Assembly (NCBI GenBank): GCA_041946735.1
Contig: JBHGAY010000054.1
Span: 1 to 12,873, forward strand
Length of the DNA stretch: 12,873 bases
Direction of reading: 5' to 3'
Source of the DNA: Candidatus Eiseniibacteriota bacterium
Lineage (GTDB): Bacteria > Eisenbacteria > RBG-16-71-46 > CAIMUX01 > VGJL01
A program made the translations under genes and the position numbers. The notes under the pieces were generated by a model. It was given only the letters and a program-made list of their open reading frames with translations, was not told the origin of the DNA and did not search any database. Shown here piece after piece: positions 1-5,143 of this stretch (position 1 is the stretch's first letter; every line of letters begins with the position of its first letter).

Positions 1-192
1 CGGCTCTCGATCCTGATCGCGCGACTGCGCTACCGCGTCGATCCGGAGCCGATCCCACCGGCCGACGACGTCGAGGGGCTCGCGGCGTGCTGGAAGCGGA
101 TCTACAACACGATCGAGGGCAAGGGGACGGTGGAGGACTTCGTCGCCGCGTACCGGCGATTCGTCAGGCCGGCGCGAGAGACAGTCGCGTGA
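1..192 (+). CDS. 5'-truncated phage protein, probable lysozyme-like/endolysin C-terminus
   Basis: Not in ORF track. Frame 1 is open from base 1 to TGA 190-192: RLSILIARLRYRVDPEPIPPADDVEGLAACWKRIYNTIEGKGTVEDFVAAYRRFVRPARETVA. The ARLxY..PEPIP..DDxEGLAxxWKxxYNTxxGKGT pattern is one I recall from a phage family often annotated lysozyme-like. The stop overlaps the next GTG. Confidence 0.6.
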   Translation, partial: RLSILIARLRYRVDPEPIPPADDVEGLAACWKRIYNTIEGKGTVEDFVAAYRRFVRPARETVA

Positions 193-464
193 GCGTCCGC
201 CACACCGTCACCCGGCTCGATCCGCACGTGACCTATCGCGTGACCTGCAACGGGGCCGTGATCGGGACCGGGATGCGTCCGGACACTCACGGGGTCCTCG
301 TCTTTGAGGCACCTTCCGTCACCGGGATCCGGATCTGCTCGGAGGGTGGGATGTCGTCGATCGAGGAGCCGCCGATCGAGGAGCCGGAGCGGCCGGCGCC
401 GGAGAGGCGGCGATGGTGGGAGCGGCTGATCGGATGGATCCGGGGGCTGCTTGGGAGGCTTTGA
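189..464 (+). CDS. Hypothetical 91-aa protein: beta-rich N-terminus, Pro/Glu linker, C-terminal amphipathic helix
   Basis: GTG at 189 overlaps the upstream TGA (GTGA); its own TGA overlaps the next ATG (TGATG 462-466). Ends RRRWWERLIGWIRGLLGRL. The track start at 87 lies inside the upstream gene. Confidence 0.7.
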   Translation: MSVRHTVTRLDPHVTYRVTCNGAVIGTGMRPDTHGVLVFEAPSVTGIRICSEGGMSSIEEPPIEEPERPAPERRRWWERLIGWIRGLLGRL

Positions 465-673
465 TGGAAAAGCGAATCGAGCACTGGTTCACGTATCACG
501 CTCCGAAGCCAGAGCAGATCGGGCACTACAACGCGTTGCGCGAGGCGGCCAAAGTCTTCGCCCTGGCGATCGCTGAGCACACGCCGCAGGGCCCGGATCA
601 GACCACCGCGATCCGCAAGGTCCGCGAGGCGGTGATGACGGCAAACGCCGCGATCGCCTGCGATGGAGTCTAG
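464..673 (+). CDS. Acb2/Tad1-like helical-hairpin protein (69 aa), candidate immune-signal sponge
   Basis: ATG 464 with SD GGGAGG 453-458. MEKRIEHWFTYHAPKPEQIGHYNALREAAKVFALAIAEHTPQGPDQTTAIRKVREAVMTANAAIACDGV matches the FTYHAP..EQ...Y..LR..AK.FA..I....P......AIRK..EAVM.ANAAIA family that I recall as Acb2/Tad1 domain. Confidence 0.75.
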   Translation: MEKRIEHWFTYHAPKPEQIGHYNALREAAKVFALAIAEHTPQGPDQTTAIRKVREAVMTANAAIACDGV

Positions 674-683
674 GTAACCCAAC

Positions 684-760
684 GGGCGAGGGGCTGCGCG
701 CGTCCGGACCAGGACCTCACGCACGGGTGAGTAGAGCCGGACCTCTGCAGCGCCTCGCCT
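684..760 (+). other. Long imperfect stem-loop in the convergent intergenic region
   Basis: GGCGAGGGGCTGC 685-697 pairs with GCAGCGCCTCGCC 747-759 (one mismatch); GTCCGG 702-707 with CCGGAC 737-742; CTCAC 716-720 with GTGAG 727-731. Confidence 0.6.
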
Positions 761-769
761 TGTCAGGGT

Positions 770-807
770 GAGCCCCGGCCGCTGATCTCAAGCGCGCGCC
801 GGGGCTC
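770..807. terminator. GC-rich hairpin between convergent transcription units, possible terminator
   Basis: GAGCCCCGGC 770-779 / GCCGGGGCTC 798-807 form a perfect 10-bp stem, with inner CGCT/AGCG. No clear U-tract on either strand. Confidence 0.45.
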
Positions 808-862
808 GGTCGTTGGGGGCGGTATCAGAAACTCCTCCCGAACTGCGGCGAAACCTATACCG

Positions 863-1801
863 CTACTCCTCGCGTGGTCCGCCGTAGACGATCTCGGTGC
901 CCAGGTAGGGAGCGATCACCGCGTATCCTCGCCAGCCGTCGATTCTCTCGCCGTCCCTGTCGTGGCCCTCCTCGATCACCCAGTAGCGCAGCACCGCCGA
1001 TGCACGCTCCTCCTCCGGCAGCGAGGCGCGCGCCTCACGCAGCAGATCCAGCGCCTCCACCGGTGCGTTGCGCGGATCGTTGCCCGTGCCGTAGACGTCG
1101 CGCTCCCACCGCCAGCCCGGACGCTCCAGAGCCAGGCGCTCGTCGCGGTAGACCGCACCGCACTCGATCCCCTCCTCGAGGAGCCCGCGCAACCGCGCGC
1201 TGCCGTGCTCCCGCGCCCAACGCACGCGCTCCGCCTGCTCCGCGAGCTGCGGCGCCAGCCTGCGGCGCTTCGCCTCGGCCTCCGCCTCGGCTACCGCTGC
1301 CGGGACGTGAGCTCTCAGCACGTCGTAGCCGACGACCGTGTATCCGGTGTAGACGAGAGGTCCGTCCCAGTCGTAGCGCGCCTCCGTCGAGCAGTGCGCC
1401 AGGTAGCCCTCCGGCGTCACACGCCAGTCCAGCGGCAGCGCCGCCCACCGCTCTGCCCTGGTGCGATCCTCCGCCGCGCGCTCGGCCGCGTGCCGTTTCG
1501 CCGTCTCGACCGCCTCCCGGTGCTCCTCGACGACCGCTTCGGCGTGTGCGATCGCAGCCTCGGCGTCCACCGGGCGGGAGTCCGCAGCGCCGGAGACCTC
1601 GCTGTACCCGCTGCCCAGCCGGATCGGCACCGTGCACGTGGCCTCTCCGCTGTCGGAGACCGCGGTCCACGGCAGCGCCAGCAGTCTCGGTAGCAGCTCC
1701 GCCGGCACGTAGTAGGTCTGCGCCCGCGTCGCCGGCGCGCCCTCGAGCAGTGCCTCGCGCTGCGCGTCGTCGGTCAGGTGGATCGTGATCGTGTGTCCCA
1801 T
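863..1801 (-). CDS. Hypothetical protein (312 aa)
   Basis: ATG at 1801 follows strong SD GAGGAGGAATCC; starts MGHTITIHLTDDAQREALLEG. Protein-like composition, with charged helical segments and WAREHGSARL...EEG...Y..ERLA.ERPGW. No family recognised. Confidence 0.85.
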   Translation of the reverse strand: MGHTITIHLTDDAQREALLEGAPATRAQTYYVPAELLPRLLALPWTAVSDSGEATCTVPIRLGSGYSEVSGAADSRPVDAEAAIAHAEAVVEEHREAVETAKRHAAERAAEDRTRAERWAALPLDWRVTPEGYLAHCSTEARYDWDGPLVYTGYTVVGYDVLRAHVPAAVAEAEAEAKRRRLAPQLAEQAERVRWAREHGSARLRGLLEEGIECGAVYRDERLALERPGWRWERDVYGTGNDPRNAPVEALDLLREARASLPEEERASAVLRYWVIEEGHDRDGERIDGWRGYAVIAPYLGTEIVYGGPREE

Positions 1802-1813
1802 GGATTCCTCCTC

Positions 1814-1934
1814 GCGGGGCGCCTCGCCCCGCCACTCGCTCCGTCTGCCGCCGGCACCTCGCCGGCGCCCGCCCGGGACCACGCGGAGGTGGAGCTTCCC
1901 CGGGCACGGGGGGCGGGAGACCGTCCCACCCCCG
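1814..1934 (-). promoter_or_regulatory. Structured leader of four hairpins, two with GAGGY pentaloops
   Basis: Minus-strand hairpins: GCGGGGC-GAGGC-GCCCCGC (1814-1832), CGCCGGC-GAGGT-GCCGGCG (1849-1867), GCCCGGG..CCAC-CTCCGC-GTGG..CCCGGGC (1871-1905), GGGGGTGGGA-CGGTC-TCCCGCCCCC (about 1908-1933; one pair is G-U on the minus strand only). Confidence 0.6.
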
Positions 1935-1943
1935 GGTGAGTGC

Positions 1944-2231
1944 CTACTGCTGCGCGGGGCGCCAGTCGCGACCGACGACGACCCGGTAGGTGGACCGGTG
2001 GTAGACCTGTTGCCAGCCGCCCGCGCGACGGTAGGCGCTCGGGTGCGCGATCACGGTGCCGCCAGGGGTCGTGTAGTAGGAGCCGGTGCCGGTGGCGTGC
2101 GGCGCCTCGGCGCCGTCCACGAGCTCGACGGGCACGTAGCTCGGGACGCCAGCAGCCTGGCGAGCAGCGCGACGGTAGGCGAGAGAGTCGGTGGACAGGA
2201 TCGCGACGGGGGTGCTGAGGGTGGCGGACAT
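1944..2231 (-). CDS. Hypothetical protein (95 aa)
   Basis: ATG at 2231 with SD GAGGAGGT; MSATLSTPVAILSTDSLAYRRAARQAAGVPSY...DWRPAQQ. No family recognised. Confidence 0.8.
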   Translation of the reverse strand: MSATLSTPVAILSTDSLAYRRAARQAAGVPSYVPVELVDGAEAPHATGTGSYYTTPGGTVIAHPSAYRRAGGWQQVYHRSTYRVVVGRDWRPAQQ

Positions 2232-2235
2232 GACT

Positions 2236-2303
2236 GACCTCCTCGGTCGATGTCTCCCCCGGACCTCCCGGGGGCTGGAGCGTCGGATCACCTCGACCCG
2301 ACG
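2236..2303 (-). promoter_or_regulatory. Leader with three GAGG(T/A)-pentaloop hairpins
   Basis: Minus strand: CGTCGGGTC-GAGGT-GATCCGACG (2281-2303), CCCCCGG-GAGGT-CCGGGGG (2256-2274), GACC-GAGGA-GGTC (2236-2248, contains the SD). Confidence 0.65.
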
Positions 2304-2308
2304 CAGAC

Positions 2309-2359
2309 AGTATCGACCTGGGGCGCCTCGGCAACAAGCGAAATCGGCTGAAATCGGCT
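2309..2359 (-). promoter_or_regulatory. Sigma70-type promoter with upstream 10-bp tandem direct repeat
   Basis: TTGTTG (2337-2332)-17 bp-GATACT (2314-2309); alternative TTGCCG-16-TACTGT. The predicted start falls at the base of the first leader hairpin. GAAATCGGCT occurs twice, 2340-2349 and 2350-2359. Confidence 0.55.
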
Positions 2360-2370
2360 AAGGCATTGCG

Positions 2371-2979
2371 CTATGGATCGATCCAGGCGCCAGCGTAGGC
2401 GCTCACCTCGAAGCTCTGACAGTCGGGGAGGCGAGGCACGGACGGAAGCGTTGCGAACTTCGTCTCTCCGGGCTTTAGGCGATGGAAGAGGGCTCTCGCG
2501 CTCCACTCATTGCCCGCACAGTCCATGCCGTAGACGTGAACATCGATCGCTTCTTGCTCTCCGTCATTGCGGACGTAGACCGTGATCCCCCGGTACTCCA
2601 CGTCGGGCATGACACCCCAGGCAGTGAGCGTGTGATCGCGCCCTGGCTCGGACGGAGAGTCCTCCCCGCACCCCGCCAGCATCGCCGCCGCTAGCGCAAC
2701 GCCGATCAGCACGCAGGTGGCCACCCAGACGATCCGAGTCCTCCGCTTGTCGGCCTCGAGTTCTTCCTCGGTCATAGGTGGCCACTCTCGCGGCTCCTCG
2801 GGTTCCGGTGCGGCGAGCGCGGGTACCGCCAGGATGTACATGAATCCGAAGAGCGGCGAAACCAGGAGAGAGAAGAAGAAGACGCCGGCCGCGGACCGAT
2901 GCTTAGCCGACGCGATGGCCGCATTCACCCCAGATCCGACGAGCCAGAAGATCACAGCAACAGCGATCGCCTCTGCCAT
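2371..2979 (-). CDS. Membrane protein (202 aa): two N-terminal TM helices, internal lipobox, FxLYD-like beta domain
   Basis: ATG 2979 with SD GAAAGGAGG. Hydrophobic AIAVAVIFWLVG and GVFFFSLLVSPLFGFMYILAV; then KRRTR-IVWVATCVLIGVALAAAM-LAGC (Cys104); then VYVRNDG...VHVYGMDCAGN...LKPGETKF, resembling the FxLYD domain. The track extension to 3309 overlaps int. Confidence 0.8.
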   Translation of the reverse strand: MAEAIAVAVIFWLVGSGVNAAIASAKHRSAAGVFFFSLLVSPLFGFMYILAVPALAAPEPEEPREWPPMTEEELEADKRRTRIVWVATCVLIGVALAAAMLAGCGEDSPSEPGRDHTLTAWGVMPDVEYRGITVYVRNDGEQEAIDVHVYGMDCAGNEWSARALFHRLKPGETKFATLPSVPRLPDCQSFEVSAYAGAWIDP

Positions 2980-3008
2980 GGGGCGGCCTCCTTTCGCTGG
3001 CGACGAGT

Positions 3009-4178
3009 TTACACGCCCCGCCCGAGCTCGTCTAGTCTCCTTGCCCACGCCTCCAGGGCAGCCCGCATCTCCGCCTCGTACTCGTGCCGGTCGTAGATCC
3101 CCGTCACCGAGGGGTCCGCGTGACCGAGGATCCGCCGGACGACGACGCGGGGAGTGCCGAGCGAGGCGCACCCGGTCGCGGCTGTGCGCCGGAGGTCGTG
3201 GGGCGTCGCGCGCTCGAGGTTGAGCCGGGCGCAGAGCTCGCGCATTCGTCGCGCGATCGCGACCCGGGAGTAGGGCTGCCCTCGCCGGCGGTCCGAGCCG
3301 AAGACCCACGGCCCCGGGTACGACGCGGCGGCCGCCTCGATCACCTCGAGGGCCTGGCGCGAGAGGGGAACCAGGTGCTCCCGGTTGCCCTTCGTCCGCT
3401 CCGCGGGGATCAGCCAGGTCCGGCTCGCGCGGTCCACGTCACGCACCCGCATCGTCGCGATCTCCCCCGGTCGCGCACCGGTGAGCAGAATCGCCAGGAG
3501 CGCCTGAGACGGGCGATCGTAGGCGGGGGCCTGGCGGAGCATCGGAACGAGGGCCGAAAGCTCGCGAGACGCGAGCGCTCGGTCTCGAGTCCGTCTCTGC
3601 GCCGGAGTCTCCACCCCTACACAGGGGGAGTGCGGGACGAGCTCGCGCCCGGGCGCCGCAGCCCAGGAGTACATCCGCCGCAGGACCGCGAGTGTGCGGT
3701 TCGCGGTGACCGGCGATCCCCGCCCGACGATGGCATCGAGGAGCGCGACGATCTCGCGTCCCGTGATCGAGGACGCGGGCCGGGCCTGCCAGCCCGGGGG
3801 GGTCTCCCGCCGGAGCAGCGCCTCGTCCTGGCGCCATGAGCGCTTCCGGGGGCGGGCGTAGAGCTCGAGGTACTGAGAGCGCAGCTTCTCGAAGCTGATC
3901 CCCTCGGTCGGTTGCGCGAGGACTACGGCGGGGTCCTGCCCGGCCTCGAGCGCCTCGAGCCCGCGCGCGTGACGCAGTCGCGCCTTCCCTAGCGAGAGCG
4001 CCGGGAAGGTGCCGAGAGGCAGCCACGTCTGCTTGCCGCCTTTACGCAGGCGGTAAACCATGATCCACGTCTTCTTCCCGGAGACCCCGACGCGGATCCC
4101 GAAGCCGCGCGACTCCCACTTCTCGTAGCGCTTCGGGCCCGGTCTCAGGTTGCGGATCCCGATGTCGCTGAATCGCAC
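3009..4178 (-). CDS. int: Tyrosine recombinase/integrase, P4-like (389 aa)
   Basis: Arm-binding N-terminus GFGIRVGVSGKKTWIMVYR..LGTFPALSLGKAR; catalytic motifs TGARPGE (R), TKG (K), HDLRR (HxxR), LGH and IYDRHEY (Y). SD GGAGGGG 5 nt before GTG. Adjacent to a tRNA 3' fragment. Confidence 0.97.
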   Translation of the reverse strand: MRFSDIGIRNLRPGPKRYEKWESRGFGIRVGVSGKKTWIMVYRLRKGGKQTWLPLGTFPALSLGKARLRHARGLEALEAGQDPAVVLAQPTEGISFEKLRSQYLELYARPRKRSWRQDEALLRRETPPGWQARPASSITGREIVALLDAIVGRGSPVTANRTLAVLRRMYSWAAAPGRELVPHSPCVGVETPAQRRTRDRALASRELSALVPMLRQAPAYDRPSQALLAILLTGARPGEIATMRVRDVDRASRTWLIPAERTKGNREHLVPLSRQALEVIEAAAASYPGPWVFGSDRRRGQPYSRVAIARRMRELCARLNLERATPHDLRRTAATGCASLGTPRVVVRRILGHADPSVTGIYDRHEYEAEMRAALEAWARRLDELGRGV

Positions 4179-4192
4179 GCGTGCCCCTCCGT

Positions 4193-4214
4193 GGCTAACA
4201 GCCGGCTAACAGCC
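4193..4214 (+). repeat. Integrase arm-type sites, left pair
   Basis: GGCTAACAGCC at 4193-4203 and 4204-4214; the same motif recurs on the other side of the att core. Confidence 0.8.
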
Positions 4215-4221
4215 GTCGCGG

Positions 4222-4252
4222 ATTGTAGCGATCCTCACCGAGCCTCGGCGAG
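4222..4252 (-). promoter_or_regulatory. Candidate int promoter with overlapping palindrome
   Basis: -10 TACAAT (4227-4222); weak -35 TCGCCG 18 bp upstream. The near-perfect inverted repeat CTCACCGAG-C-CTCGGCGAG (4234-4252) covers the -35. Confidence 0.45.
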
Positions 4253-4329
4253 CCGAAAATGCCACAGAATACGGGGGCGATCGGGTCCTGGCGGGGCTCC
4301 TCGGAGCCGCGCGGAGCATCCGGACGATC

Positions 4330-4374
4330 ACTCTGGATCATGGAACCGGGGTTCGAGTCCCTGCTCCCCAGCCA
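4330..4374 (+). mobile_element. attP core: 3' half of tRNA-Gln(CUG)
   Basis: Anticodon loop CTCTGGA (CTG 4333-4335), TCATG, variable GAAC, T-arm CGGGG-TTCGAGT-CCCTG, acceptor strand CTCCCCA, discriminator G, CCA. The 5' anticodon stem, D-arm and 5' acceptor strand are absent. Confidence 0.92.
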
Positions 4375-4392
4375 CTTTGAAGGCAATGAGAT

Positions 4393-4423
4393 AGCCCCCG
4401 TCGGAGCGAGTCCGGCGGGGGCT
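4393..4423. terminator. Hairpin downstream of the tRNA fragment and of the convergent regulator gene
   Basis: AGCCCCCGTCGGA-GCGAG-TCCGGCGGGGGCT, a 13-bp stem with one T-G pair and a short T-rich 3' end. Confidence 0.65.
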
Positions 4424-4426
4424 TCT

Positions 4427-4449
4427 GGCTAACAGCCGGGCTAACAGTC
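4427..4449 (+). repeat. Integrase arm-type sites, right pair
   Basis: GGCTAACAGCC 4427-4437 and GGCTAACAGTC 4439-4449. Confidence 0.8.
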
Positions 4450-4790
4450 TACGGCTTCTTGCCACCCCCCTCCAGTGCCGTCTCCAGGGCCTCGATTGCC
4501 CGCTTCGTCCGCTCATCCCTCGGATCGAGCCGGTAGCGCACCGCGAGCCAGATGAGCCAGCGGATGTAGCTGCTCTTGTCCGGGTAGCGAATCTGCTGGA
4601 GCAGGTCCCCCCATTGCTTGCCGAGATCCGGGACCTGCGGGTTGTTGAGATCGACATACAAGCCGCTCCGCTTGCGGCCAGCCTGCATGTCCAGGAGCGG
4701 ATCGTAGGTGCCCCCGGTGTCTGGTTGGGTCATCGGGTCGTCCTCGCTCGTAGCGATCACGAGATAGTCCGGAACGTCATCGCTCACCAT
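4449..4790 (-). CDS. Putative ribbon-helix-helix repressor in the CI position; start uncertain (4796, 4790 or 4733)
   Basis: Lies between attP and the divergent promoters. RKRSGLYVDL (strand) - PDLGKQWGDLLQQIRY (helix) - PDKSSYIRWLIWLAV (helix B, resembles the SxxIRxxI of CopG/Arc). SD-like GGGGAG before ATG 4790 and GAGG before ATG 4733. Confidence 0.6.
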   Translation of the reverse strand: MVSDDVPDYLVIATSEDDPMTQPDTGGTYDPLLDMQAGRKRSGLYVDLNNPQVPDLGKQWGDLLQQIRYPDKSSYIRWLIWLAVRYRLDPRDERTKRAIEALETALEGGGKKP

Positions 4791-4892
4791 CCTCACTCCC
4801 CCTGTTGTCGCTCTCCCGTTTGCATCCCTGGACCACCATTACGATCGTGCAATCTGCAAGGCGACTTTAGGGGATAGTTCGTGAGCCCTCTA

Positions 4893-4922
4893 ACTCTAGA
4901 TCGTCCCACCCCTTGATTTCAA
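4893..4922 (-). promoter_or_regulatory. Leftward promoter
   Basis: TTGAAA (4922-4917)-18 bp-TAGAGT (4898-4893), within the most AT-rich patch of the window. Confidence 0.6.
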
Positions 4923-4936
4923 AAAGAAAAAAGTTA

Positions 4937-4966
4937 TTGACCGCTCTGTCATGGCCGATCTAGGGT
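4937..4966 (+). promoter_or_regulatory. Rightward early promoter
   Basis: TTGACC (4937-4942)-18 bp-TAGGGT (4961-4966), with an upstream A-tract 4921-4932 (UP-element-like). Confidence 0.65.
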
Positions 4967-4972
4967 CTAGAC

Positions 4973-5143
4973 ATGCGAGCCACTAGACCAACAGAGCCGC
5001 TGAAGGTCATCGCGATCAAGACCCCCGAGGCCCTCCACCAAGAGCTGCATATCCTTCGGCGGCGCTTGGGGTTCCACAACATCACCGACATGCTCCTGCC
5101 CGTCTTGCGGGAGTTCGCCGCGAAGCACAGGAGGACGCAGTGA
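4973..5143 (+). CDS. Small ribbon-helix-helix (Arc/ParG-like) protein in the Cro position (56 aa)
   Basis: Not in ORF track. MRATRPTEPLKVIAIKTPEALHQELHILRRRLGFHNITDMLLPVLREFAAKHRRTQ: alternating strand KVIAIKT, P-E-x-L-H helix A, G turn, helix B. The stop overlaps the GTG of alpA. Confidence 0.75.
   Translation: MRATRPTEPLKVIAIKTPEALHQELHILRRRLGFHNITDMLLPVLREFAAKHRRTQ

Noticed and set aside
684..760. SRP RNA or self-cleaving ribozyme
   Set aside because: CCAGG in an internal loop is reminiscent of SRP, but the GNRA tetraloop and AGCAG strand are missing. I could not place hammerhead or twister cores.
874..1907. Long ORFs 874..1788 (+), 962..1693 (+) and 1035..1907 (-)
   Set aside because: Arg/Pro/Gly-rich alternative frames of the SD-supported 863..1801 gene, typical of high-GC DNA.
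1814..2303. CRISPR array or attC cassette sites
   Set aside because: The stems differ in sequence, there is no repeat-spacer periodicity, and no paired RYYYAAC/GTTRRRY ends were seen.
4289..4374. Complete tRNA-Gln gene
   Set aside because: TGGCGGG at 4289 can pair 6/7 with the acceptor strand but lies 42 nt before the anticodon loop (about 31 expected). No D-arm forms, and GATCA cannot pair properly with TCATG. Only the 3' half is present.
4328..4657. Repressor ORF spanning attP (integration-dependent immunity as in some mycobacteriophages)
   Set aside because: This ORF is an R/S-rich shadow frame. The plausible regulator stops at 4449, outside the core.
4797..4840. Short upstream ORFs in the repressor leader (MVVQGCKR..., MQTGERQQGE)
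   Set aside because: No clear SD and no way to distinguish them from chance without conservation data.
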